Shown here in pieces: positions 29,187 through 36,861 of a stretch of 64,000 nucleotides of DNA. Position numbers and translations under genes: made by a program. Below the pieces are notes generated by a model that worked only from the letters and a program-made list of their open reading frames with translations, did not search any database and had not been told where the DNA came from. The stretch's first letter is position 1, and every line of letters begins with the position of its first letter. The stretch is from positions 34,559-98,558 of the forward strand of contig CAWGLD010000006.1 of NCBI GenBank assembly GCA_963823335.1. Reading direction: 5' to 3'. Origin of the DNA: an uncultured delta proteobacterium (GTDB taxonomy: Bacteria; Desulfobacterota; Desulfobacteria; Desulfobacterales; B30-G6).

Positions 29187-30051
29187 CCCGAATAAAATAT
29201 ATATTATCACGGGACGATCGGGCTCAGGGAAAAGTACTGCTATTGCTGCCTTCGAAGATGCCGGATTCTATTGTGTCGACAACATGCCGGTGGCTCTTTT
29301 ACCCAATTTCTTGAGCCTGCCCATTGAAAACGCCTCTGAACTTTCCGGATTTGCTTTTGTGATGGATCTCCGGGAAACAGGGTTTGTCGATAAATACAGA
29401 CAGGTGTTTCGCTCCCTGGAGGAAAAAGGGTTTAGGTTTGAGATTCTTTTCCTGGAAGCGGATGAAAATGTTCTTTTGCAACGCTATTCACAAACACGTA
29501 GACACCATCCGCTTGCCAGGGGTAAAAACCTCCTGGAGGGCGTGCGGACAGAAGAGTTGTCTCTTGGCGGCTTGAAAAAAGAAGCTGACAGGGTTATCGA
29601 CACGACCCAATTCACGGTCCATGAACTAAAATCGTGCATTTTCAACATCGTAAAGGAAAATGCCGAGATCGCACCTATTAAAATCAATGTGCTTTCTTTC
29701 GGTTACAAATACGGCATCCCCCATCACGCGGATCTGATCATAGACGTTCGTTTCCTGCCCAACCCGTATTTCATTACCGCTCTCCGGAAACTGGATGGTG
29801 AATCTGATCCGGTTAAAAAATACCTTTCCGGTAAATCAGATACTAAAGAATTTCTGAAAAAATACTTAGATCTGCTTGACTATTTGATCCCATTGTACGA
29901 AAAGGAGGGCAAAACGTATCTAACCATCGCTGTTGGGTGCACAGGAGGGCGGCATCGGTCCGTCTTCATAGCAAGAGAAATCTTTGATCATGTCAGGAAA
30001 AATGGCAGAGACGTCACTGTCAGCCATCAGGACATTGTACAGAAAGATTAA
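29173..30051 (+). CDS. rapZ: RNase adapter protein RapZ
   Basis: MKISNPNKIYIITGRSGSGKSTA Walker A, and C-terminal GCTGGRHRSV. Start placed at ATG 29173 after a GGAGGAGG RBS. Confidence 0.9.
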   Translation: MKISNPNKIYIITGRSGSGKSTAIAAFEDAGFYCVDNMPVALLPNFLSLPIENASELSGFAFVMDLRETGFVDKYRQVFRSLEEKGFRFEILFLEADENVLLQRYSQTRRHHPLARGKNLLEGVRTEELSLGGLKKEADRVIDTTQFTVHELKSCIFNIVKENAEIAPIKINVLSFGYKYGIPHHADLIIDVRFLPNPYFITALRKLDGESDPVKKYLSGKSDTKEFLKKYLDLLDYLIPLYEKEGKTYLTIAVGCTGGRHRSVFIAREIFDHVRKNGRDVTVSHQDIVQKD

Positions 30052-30077
30052 CCCAAACAGGCTTATCGGGATATATT

Positions 30078-30491
30078 ATGATCGGCATCGTTATCGTGAC
30101 ACACAGGCAGCTCGGAGATTCCCTCGTGGATGCTGCGCAGTTTATTGTTGGTTCCAAACCAGAGTCGATTGTATCAATTTCAATTGATCTGAATGAAAAC
30201 GTCGATGTGCTTAGAGATAAAATCGTAAAAGGAATCAAAAAGGTCAAATCTGATGATGGTATCCTTATTCTGACTGACATGTTCGGTGGAACACCATCCA
30301 ATTTAAGCTATTCTTTTCTTGAGGAAGGGCATATTGAAGTTCTATCCGGTGTCAATCTACCCATTCTTATCAAAGCGATTAATTCTCGCCCCGATATGGA
30401 ACTCACCAAGCTGACTGAGTGCCTCGAAATATATGGCAAAAAGAGTATATCTATGGCCAGCAGCATACTAAAGGGCAAGTCGCGCAATTAG
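30078..30491 (+). CDS. PTS EIIA component, mannose family
   Basis: 137 aa. MIGIVIVTHRQLGDSL with the active-site His. ILTDMFGGTPSN. Confidence 0.75.
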   Translation: MIGIVIVTHRQLGDSLVDAAQFIVGSKPESIVSISIDLNENVDVLRDKIVKGIKKVKSDDGILILTDMFGGTPSNLSYSFLEEGHIEVLSGVNLPILIKAINSRPDMELTKLTECLEIYGKKSISMASSILKGKSRN

Positions 30492-30543
30492 CTACATTTA
30501 GTGACGCATTCTCGATATTAGAATACACCAACAGGAGGAAGAT

Positions 30544-31548
30544 ATGAGTATCAAAATAGGAATTAACGGGTTTGGTAGAATCGGGCGGCTGGTATTCAGG
30601 GCGGCATGGAAACATCCCGATGTAGAAGTCGTTGCCATCAATGACTTGACGGACGCGGCTACCATGGCGCACCTGCTTACATATGATTCCGTACATGGCA
30701 AACTGGATCTTGACATCCGTGCCAAAGAAGACGCCATCGAAGTCGAGGGTCGATCCATCACATTTACATCCATAAAAGACCCTGAGCAGTTGAAGTGGAA
30801 GGAACTGGGTGTGGACGTCGCTGCTGAATGCACCGGTTTGTTCAGGGATCGGGAGAATGCCGGCAAGCACCTTACCGCAGGGGCGCGTAAAGTGATTATT
30901 TCCGCACCTGCCAAAGATCCTGACATTACCATCGTAATGGGAGTCAATTCCAGCAAGTATGACCCGAAACAGCATCACATTATCTCGAACGCCTCCTGTA
31001 CGACCAACTGCCTCGCACCGGTAGCAAAGGTGCTTCTTGAAAATTTTGGCTTGAAATCCGGGCTGATGACGACGATTCATGCCTATACCGGCGACCAGCG
31101 TCTTCTCGACTTTCCGCATAAAGACCTCCGGCGTGCAAGAGCGGCCTGCCTGTCCATGATCCCCACGACAACGGGTGCGGCCAAAGCCGTTTCCCTGGTG
31201 TTGCCGGAACTTAGCGGAAAGCTGAATGGACTTGCCATACGTGTGCCGACGCCCAATGTATCGATCGTAGACCTTGTGGCAACGATTGAAAAGACAGGTG
31301 TAACCACATCGGAAGTCAACCAGGCCTTGAAAACGGCGGCTGAGGGAGAACTGGCCGGTATTCTTGGGTATTCTGAACTACCTCTGGTTTCATCTGATTA
31401 TAACGGCTCAAGCCTCTCTTCCATTGTGGATGCAGCAACAACCTATGTGGTGGATGACATGGTGAAGGTGCTTTCCTGGTATGATAACGAGTCCGGGTAT
31501 TCCCACCGCATGGTTGACCTGGCCGCTATGGTGGGCAGCATGCTGTAA
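30544..31548 (+). CDS. gap: type I glyceraldehyde-3-phosphate dehydrogenase
   Basis: INGFGRIGR, SNASCTTNCLAP, WYDNE. Confidence 0.95.
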   Translation: MSIKIGINGFGRIGRLVFRAAWKHPDVEVVAINDLTDAATMAHLLTYDSVHGKLDLDIRAKEDAIEVEGRSITFTSIKDPEQLKWKELGVDVAAECTGLFRDRENAGKHLTAGARKVIISAPAKDPDITIVMGVNSSKYDPKQHHIISNASCTTNCLAPVAKVLLENFGLKSGLMTTIHAYTGDQRLLDFPHKDLRRARAACLSMIPTTTGAAKAVSLVLPELSGKLNGLAIRVPTPNVSIVDLVATIEKTGVTTSEVNQALKTAAEGELAGILGYSELPLVSSDYNGSSLSSIVDAATTYVVDDMVKVLSWYDNESGYSHRMVDLAAMVGSML

Positions 31549-31555
31549 CAAATTT

Positions 31556-31643
31556 AGGATTCGAGTGATACAAGGGTTCGAGGATGGCTGAGAGCTATAA
31601 GCGAACAGCAGCCTTCAAGCCTCCCAGGATCCTCGCTTCCCAG
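31556..31643. repeat. family A repeat fragment in the gap-tpiA spacer
   Basis: Shares, in rc, GGCTGCTGTTCGCTTATAGCTCTCAGCCATCCTCGAACCCTTG with the 19.9 kb and 55.3 kb copies. Confidence 0.6.
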
Positions 31644-31664
31644 CATTACAACAAGGAGTAATAA

Positions 31665-32420
31665 ATGAGTGCTCGTAGACCGCTTATCGCAGGCAACTGG
31701 AAGATGTATAAAACCTGTACCGAAGCAGTAGAGACAGCCAAGAAACTTAAAGGTCTCGTTAAAAGCGCTTCCGAGGTCGATATCATGATCGCACCCTCGT
31801 TCACATCGCTCTCCCAGGTATCGGAAGCCCTGTCCGGAAGTAACATCCATGTGGGTGCTCAAAATCTTTCCTGGCATGCGGAAGGGGCTTTCACCGGCGA
31901 CATATCGCCGTCCATGGTAGTGTCGACTGGCTGTGATCATGTTATACTGGGGCATTCCGAACGACGGCAGTACTTCCACGAGACTGATGAAACCGTGAAC
32001 AAAAGGATCGTTGCCGCCATCAAACACCATCTGGTGCCGGTATTCTGCGTTGGGGAAACCGAAACCGAGCGTGAAACGAACATTACCTTTTCTGTACTTG
32101 ACAAACAGGTCACAACTGGTTTACAAGATATCGCTTTGGAAGACTTGGCTACACTGGTGATTGCCTATGAACCTGTCTGGGCCATCGGCACCGGCAAGAC
32201 CGCAACAATGGAACAGGCCCAGGAAGTTCACCAGTTTCTACGGTCCCTGCTTGAAAAAGCATATGGTTCAGAATTTGCGCAATCTGTCAGAATTCTATAC
32301 GGCGGAAGCGTTAAACCGGGGAATATCGCTGAACTGATGTCCATGCCGGATGTGGATGGAGGGCTCGTTGGGGGCGCTAGTCTGGATGCTGAAACCTTCA
32401 GTCAAATTGTTCTATTTTAA
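31665..32420 (+). CDS. tpiA: triose-phosphate isomerase
   Basis: IAGNWKM, ILGHSERR, AYEPVWAIGTGK, YGGSV. Confidence 0.95.
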   Translation: MSARRPLIAGNWKMYKTCTEAVETAKKLKGLVKSASEVDIMIAPSFTSLSQVSEALSGSNIHVGAQNLSWHAEGAFTGDISPSMVVSTGCDHVILGHSERRQYFHETDETVNKRIVAAIKHHLVPVFCVGETETERETNITFSVLDKQVTTGLQDIALEDLATLVIAYEPVWAIGTGKTATMEQAQEVHQFLRSLLEKAYGSEFAQSVRILYGGSVKPGNIAELMSMPDVDGGLVGGASLDAETFSQIVLF

Positions 32421-32450
32421 CCTAAAACATAAAATGTAAAACTAAAGAAA

Positions 32451-32810
32451 ATGTTATTATTCATTATTGTTATACACATTGTCGTGTGCATTGCACTTAT
32501 TATGATTGTACTTCTGCAGACCGGTAAGGGCGCCGACATGGGCGCAGCATTTGGAGGAGGTTCAAGCCAGACGCTCTTTGGCAGCACGGGCGCGTCTACT
32601 TTTTTGAGTAAAGCCACCACGGCTGCAGCCATCTTGTTCATGTTGACATCGTTGATACTGGCGTATATGTCGGGGAACAAATCCGGCAAATCCATCGTTA
32701 TGGATGCACCGGCCCCCATCGAACAGACACTACCGGCGCAGGAGACTGCACCGGTAGCACCAGTTCTGCCTGCCGATACAGCTTCGGGTGAACCGGCGAA
32801 AGCAGAGTAG
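32451..32810 (+). CDS. secG: preprotein translocase subunit SecG
   Basis: 119 aa. LLQTGKGADMGAAFGGGSSQTLFGS signature. Confidence 0.85.
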   Translation: MLLFIIVIHIVVCIALIMIVLLQTGKGADMGAAFGGGSSQTLFGSTGASTFLSKATTAAAILFMLTSLILAYMSGNKSGKSIVMDAPAPIEQTLPAQETAPVAPVLPADTASGEPAKAE

Positions 32811-32822
32811 AAAAGGGATTGT

Positions 32823-32908
32823 GCCGAAGTGGTGGAACTTGGTAGACACGCTATCTTGAGGGGGTAGTGGGGAGACCCGTGCCGGTTCAAGTCCGGCCTT
32901 CGGCACCA
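32823..32908 (+). tRNA. tRNA-Leu (anticodon GAG), type II with a long variable arm and encoded CCA
   Basis: Folded by hand. Acceptor GCCGAAG/CTTCGGC. Anticodon stem CTATC/GGTAG with loop TTGAGGG. Variable arm GGG..CCC. T arm GCCGG-TTCAAGT-CCGGC. Ends in ACCA. Confidence 0.85.
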
Positions 32909-32919
32909 GCAATAATTTT

Positions 32920-32949
32920 AAAAGGTTATACACTATTGTATAACCTTTT
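32920..32949 (+). terminator. 13-bp perfect hairpin directly after tRNA-Leu
   Basis: AAAAGGTTATACA-ctat-TGTATAACCTTTT, whose distal arm ends in TTTT. Confidence 0.65.
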
Positions 32950-33298
32950 ACTTTATGAGAGAGTATCTTCCCGTAAGAGAATGGCTGAAACCCAATCCTC
33001 ATGTGATGGTGTGGAACACCGGAATGATTCCCTATTGCCTCTTTATCTGAGATCTCTTTTTGTCCTTGAAAATTTATGTTTCTCCCAAATAAAACTTGAA
33101 ATATTCCTATATGTAGTATAATTTTTTTACACCCTGTACTTCATATAGGTCATTGCTTAATTTGCAAGAGGTTTAACATCGAGAAAACCATGAGAGACAA
33201 ATATGGTTTTGCCAGTCCGCCTTACGGCCTATTAGAGATACACACCGCAACAATGAGGAAATGGTTTGACAAAGCTACGTTAAGAATCAGGAGACAGC

Positions 33299-33631
33299 AT
33301 GGTTTCCCACAAGAAAAAACAGGTTTCAATATTTGACACAATGGTTTTGACCGGAATAGGCCTTGGGATTATTTACTGGATAATCGAGACCATTTACGAT
33401 GTCTTGACTGTTGATGGAGCCGGTTTTCTGGGAGGCCTGTTCGGAGGCGGGTTGTCCGGGATAGGAACACGGATTATCGTGATCTGTCTGTTCATAATTT
33501 TTGGAGCGCACGCCCAGTATAATATCAATAAGCGTAAGCAGGCAGAATCTGAATTAGCCGACCTCACATCCAAAATCGAAACTTTTAAAGCGGATACAGA
33601 AACTTCAAAAAAAAGAAGAAAAACGACCTGA
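33299..33631 (+). CDS. hypothetical membrane protein (two TM helices plus a basic coiled-coil tail)
   Basis: 110 aa. GGAGA RBS 6 nt upstream. No recognisable family. Confidence 0.4.
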   Translation: MVSHKKKQVSIFDTMVLTGIGLGIIYWIIETIYDVLTVDGAGFLGGLFGGGLSGIGTRIIVICLFIIFGAHAQYNINKRKQAESELADLTSKIETFKADTETSKKRRKTT

Positions 33632-33902
33632 AATATGTGACATAACCACCCTATTCTTCAAGCCAGTCCTTCGCAAACGCATTTATTGATTATCTACCGC
33701 AAGCATCCCAACTACCATCATCTAAGCATTGGACGTTTTACAACCTGCTAGAAAAACTGACACATGCATCCTGTAATCCTTTTTACTTAATTGATAATAT
33801 GCATTAATAATCACAGATAATTTAAATAGATACACTGCTTGATCGATAATTATAAAAGTGGCCTCACTTTTGCAAATTATATTTTAAACAAGGAGGTGAT
33901 TT

Positions 33903-34199
33903 ATGCAAAAGATCAAATCAAAACAAGAGATCAAAAAACGCAAGGCAGAATTTTCGATATATTCTGCCGATGCCAAAGAGGTGTACCTGATGGGGTCTTT
34001 CAACAATTGGAACCCAAGAAAACACCCCATGCATCAGAACCATATGGGGATGTGGGAAAAGACCGTGATAATTCCTCCTGGTATCTATGAATATAAATTC
34101 CTGGTTGACGGTCAGTGGAAAATTGATCCCCAAAATTGTCTAACCTGTATGAACGGCTTTGGGACCAAGAACAGCGTGCTCGATCTTACCCGGAAGTAA
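33903..34199 (+). CDS. stand-alone glycogen-binding CBM48 / AMPK-beta-like domain protein
   Basis: 98 aa. F...A..V.L.GSFNNWNP..HPM....G.W......PPG.YEYKF.VDG.W..DP. AGGAGG RBS. Confidence 0.65.
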   Translation: MQKIKSKQEIKKRKAEFSIYSADAKEVYLMGSFNNWNPRKHPMHQNHMGMWEKTVIIPPGIYEYKFLVDGQWKIDPQNCLTCMNGFGTKNSVLDLTRK

Positions 34200-34247
34200 A
34201 AAAAGCGCATACTGTCAGGATAGTTGAACCGAAAAAGCGATTGCTAA

Positions 34248-34370
34248 CCCCGTAGGTTCTGCCATTCGGCAGTGCTTCGCATGCTACGGGGTTTGCGATC
34301 GAGTCTAAATTAGACAGAATTCCTTACGGTCGAAGTTTTCTCGTAGCTTGTGCTGCGAGGTTCTTCAAAT
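34248..34370. repeat. family B hairpin repeat (long copy)
   Basis: Nested hairpins CCCCGTAG..CTGCCattcGGCAG..CTACGGGG and CCTCGTAGCttgtGCTGCGAGG. Both ends are shared with 21289..21351. Confidence 0.7.
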
Positions 34371-34471
34371 ATCATCAGGTTTCCATGTTACTTAGTATGA
34401 AAATAGAGATGTGTTTCATCTGACATTATTGGGCGATATTGATGGAGCATTTATAGAAAAGGGGGCGTTAC

Positions 34472-34918
34472 ATGTATCAAAAGATTCTGGTTCCTCTGGA
34501 TGGATCCAAACGGGCGGAAAAAATCCTGCCCCATGTTGAAAATTTAGCGAGCCAATACCATTCTACAATTTTTCTGCTGACGGCCCTTGAGTATAATTTT
34601 AACTTTGGTATTGAAGGAACGTTTATCGAGACGGTTGAAAAAGAATTTGACCTAAAACAAGAAAAAGCAGAGTCTTACCTGAGTAGAATTGCTCGTAAAT
34701 TAACTTCAAAAAATATAAATACTGAAACGCGATTGGCTTCAGGAAACGCGATCAGTTCCATCATTGAAGCAGCAAATATTTATAGCGTGGACCTTATCGC
34801 CATGGCGAGTCATGGTCGTGGGGCCCTTACACGGGTATTTTATGGCAGTGTTGCCTCAGGGGTTTTGAACCGTGTGGATCGTCCCCTGCTGATTGTTCGA
34901 TCCAGAAAATTACATTAG
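34472..34918 (+). CDS. universal stress protein (UspA family)
   Basis: 148 aa. YQKILVPLDGS, DLIAMASHGRG......GSVA..V. The TAG stop (34916..34918) lies inside the MITE terminal repeat. Confidence 0.8.
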   Translation: MYQKILVPLDGSKRAEKILPHVENLASQYHSTIFLLTALEYNFNFGIEGTFIETVEKEFDLKQEKAESYLSRIARKLTSKNINTETRLASGNAISSIIEAANIYSVDLIAMASHGRGALTRVFYGSVASGVLNRVDRPLLIVRSRKLH

Positions 34919-35062
34919 AAGCCATCTCAAAAAAAGGGTTTTGGTTCAAGTTCAAGGCGGGCCCGAACTTCAACCCGCAGGCATACTCAAGTATTCCGAG
35001 GAGTTGAAGCAAGGGACCAACACAGAAATTGGGCTAAAAAACTTGTTTGAGATAGCTTCTAG
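34915..35062. mobile_element. 148-bp MITE-like element, copy 1
   Basis: Terminal inverted repeats TTAGAAGCCATCTCAAAAAA ... TTTGAGATAGCTTCTAG. It matches the reverse complement of 51121..51268 at all but about 3 positions. No coding capacity. Confidence 0.8.
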
Positions 35063-35361
35063 TATTGACCCGTTGAAACGCAACAGAACATTATACAACT
35101 TGTCACCAATAAGCTCCGAACGGTATCATGACTAACGCACTATTTTTTCATAACGGATGCCAGTCATGCTTTCCTATTTCGGAATTCTATAAAAACCTGC
35201 GCTCTTCCCCTCAGTTTTAACCTACAGGCCAGTCAAAGTCGTCGATCAAGTAATTTAATATCTCTCAGCTATGTAATATAATTCCTATTATGGAAACGTT
35301 TGTCGGAATAAATTATATTTAACTACCTGATATAGTAATTAAAGATGCGATATCTGTATTG

Positions 35362-35377
35362 CGGCATGATAATTGCT
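35362..35377 (+). promoter_or_regulatory. candidate sigma-54 promoter (-24/-12)
   Basis: cGGCATG-ATAA-TTGCT versus consensus TGGCACG-N4-TTGCW. Correct GG-N10-GC spacing. 36 nt upstream of the 35413 ORF. rpoN is encoded in this window. Confidence 0.35.
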
Positions 35378-35412
35378 ATACTATGTTTTTGATATGAATT
35401 AACAATACAAGA

Positions 35413-35646
35413 ATGCTAAATGGGAAGGTTCTTATGAAACATTATTCAATTATTGTAATTTGGTCGGCGGTTTTCGCCCTGATCATGGTGTCCTCGGTTG
35501 CTGCGAGATATGTTTCCATTCCAGCCGAGACCTTAGTGGACAATTTCATTAAAACCATGGAACCATCAAAAGAATTTATGTATTTTGCCTTTGTGGGTCT
35601 TATCTCCTGCCTGATTGGTACATTGATTAGACCTCGTCGAAAATAA
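35413..35646 (+). CDS. hypothetical small membrane protein
   Basis: 77 aa with two predicted TM helices. The internal ATG at 35434 (MKHYS...) follows GGGAAGG and may be the real start. Confidence 0.35.
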   Translation: MLNGKVLMKHYSIIVIWSAVFALIMVSSVAARYVSIPAETLVDNFIKTMEPSKEFMYFAFVGLISCLIGTLIRPRRK

Positions 35647-35817
35647 AATCATACCCCTTCCGACTCCGCTTACGTATCATATTCATTTGTACAATTAGTC
35701 AAGGACGTCCCCTATAGGGACTTTATCGGCATAAAGATTGCCCAATTCTTGGCAGTAATGAATTATCTTCTTGCACAGCCCTTATTGATTATATAGGCTA
35801 ATGATCAAACCAATGAA

Positions 35818-36012
35818 TTGGAGAAAAAAATGGGCAGGGACAGACGCATAGATACAGACCGCAGAATGGAAAGAGATAGACGACTGGGTAACAGCCGTGA
35901 TGGGTATAACGGCCCTGAAAGAAGAAGCGTCTATGATCGTAGAAGTTATAGCGAAAGAAGATATTTAAGACATATGTCTTCCAAGATTGATTTATTCCAA
36001 AGCGCATATTAG
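35818..36012 (+). CDS. hypothetical arginine-rich peptide with repeated (D/E)RR motifs
   Basis: 64 aa: MEKKMGRDRRIDTDRRMERDRRLGNSRDGYNGPERRSVYDRRSYSERRY... GGAG 8 nt upstream. An antisense ORF (35798..36034) covers the same DNA, so strand choice is tentative. Confidence 0.3.
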   Translation: MEKKMGRDRRIDTDRRMERDRRLGNSRDGYNGPERRSVYDRRSYSERRYLRHMSSKIDLFQSAY

Positions 36013-36116
36013 ACCATACTAATTTGAGAAGCATCCACAGGATCTAATCGGCCCTGTTTTTTATGTCTGAACGACCTTTTTCATTTAGGTCCAACACCTG
36101 CTGACTAAGGAGCAAA

Positions 36117-36698
36117 ATGAAAAAAATCTATTTATTCCCCATGATAGTGATAACGATTGTGTTTGCTCTGGCTTTATCAACACCTGCAATTGCTGACAAT
36201 TTTAACAACACAATCGAGATCTTCAAAAAGTCTGAAGCGACACAGCCATTTTTCAAGAGCGCGTACGGCTTTGCGGTTTTCCCGACAGTCGGAAAGGCCG
36301 GCATCGTTATCGGCGGTGCGTACGGCAAAGGTCAGGTATACCGTGAAGGCGATATTACCGGCGAAACCACTCTAATCAAGGCGACCATTGGTCTTCAACT
36401 TGGCGGTCAGGCCTTCAGCGAGATAATATTTTTTGAAGACAAACGTGCCTATGACGATTATACCAGCGGGAATTTTGAGTTTGACGCTTCGGCTTCCGCT
36501 GTTGTGATCACCGCCGGGATTCAGGCAAAAGCTGGTACAGAGGGCGCGACTGCCGGTGCAAGCGCAGGTCCGGCAACTGGTACACAGGCTCAGACGAGCT
36601 ATCATAAAGGCATGGCCGTATTCGTTCATATAAAAGGCGGTTTGATGTACGAGGCCAGTATTGGTGGCCAAAAATTTAATTTTACCGCCAAGGAATAA
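36117..36698 (+). CDS. SYLF (DUF500/Ysc84-like) lipid-binding domain protein with a signal peptide
   Basis: 193 aa. A.GFAVFP.V.KAG..IGG.YG.G.V.......G......A..G.Q.GGQ....I.FF. Confidence 0.7.
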   Translation: MKKIYLFPMIVITIVFALALSTPAIADNFNNTIEIFKKSEATQPFFKSAYGFAVFPTVGKAGIVIGGAYGKGQVYREGDITGETTLIKATIGLQLGGQAFSEIIFFEDKRAYDDYTSGNFEFDASASAVVITAGIQAKAGTEGATAGASAGPATGTQAQTSYHKGMAVFVHIKGGLMYEASIGGQKFNFTAKE

Positions 36699-36754
36699 GC
36701 GCGGGACCCTTCCACATTAATTCCTATATTCCCAACTTCTAATACAAATATAGC

Positions 36755-36798
36755 TTGACAAACGTGTCGATCTTCCATAATTGTATGGTTGTATATAC
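36755..36798 (+). promoter_or_regulatory. candidate sigma-70 promoter plus a GntR/HutC-type operator upstream of the transketolase gene
   Basis: TTGACA (36755..36760), then 17 nt, then TAATTG. The palindrome GTATATAC (36791..36798) fits the HutC-subfamily core GT-N-TA-N-AC. A HutC-type regulator is encoded 2 kb downstream. Confidence 0.3.
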
Positions 36799-36861
36799 AT
36801 TTATAACTCTATACGTTGTTGCACGGTCCGATAACAGTCAAATTGCCGGACAAAAAGGAGG

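Noticed and set aside
30492-31664. Missing pgk between gap and tpiA, and missing ptsH/ptsI after the EIIA gene, as possible deletions
   Set aside because: The gene order gap-tpiA without pgk and split PTS-Ntr clusters occur in various bacteria. No remnants were seen in the spacers apart from a family A repeat, so there is no evidence for an event.
32730-33002. 90-aa minus-strand ORF overlapping tRNA-Leu
   Set aside because: It overlaps a well-folding tRNA and its terminator. It has no RBS or motifs.
33839-34090. 83-aa ORF overlapping the CBM48 gene in another frame
   Set aside because: The 33903..34199 frame has an AGGAGG RBS and a clear CBM48 motif pattern. The alternative frame has neither.
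32909-36860. Calling the tRNA-Leu-adjacent block an integrative genomic island
   Set aside because: It has no integrase, excisionase or mobility genes, and I found no direct repeat of the tRNA 3' end. It is kept only as a low-confidence compositional observation.
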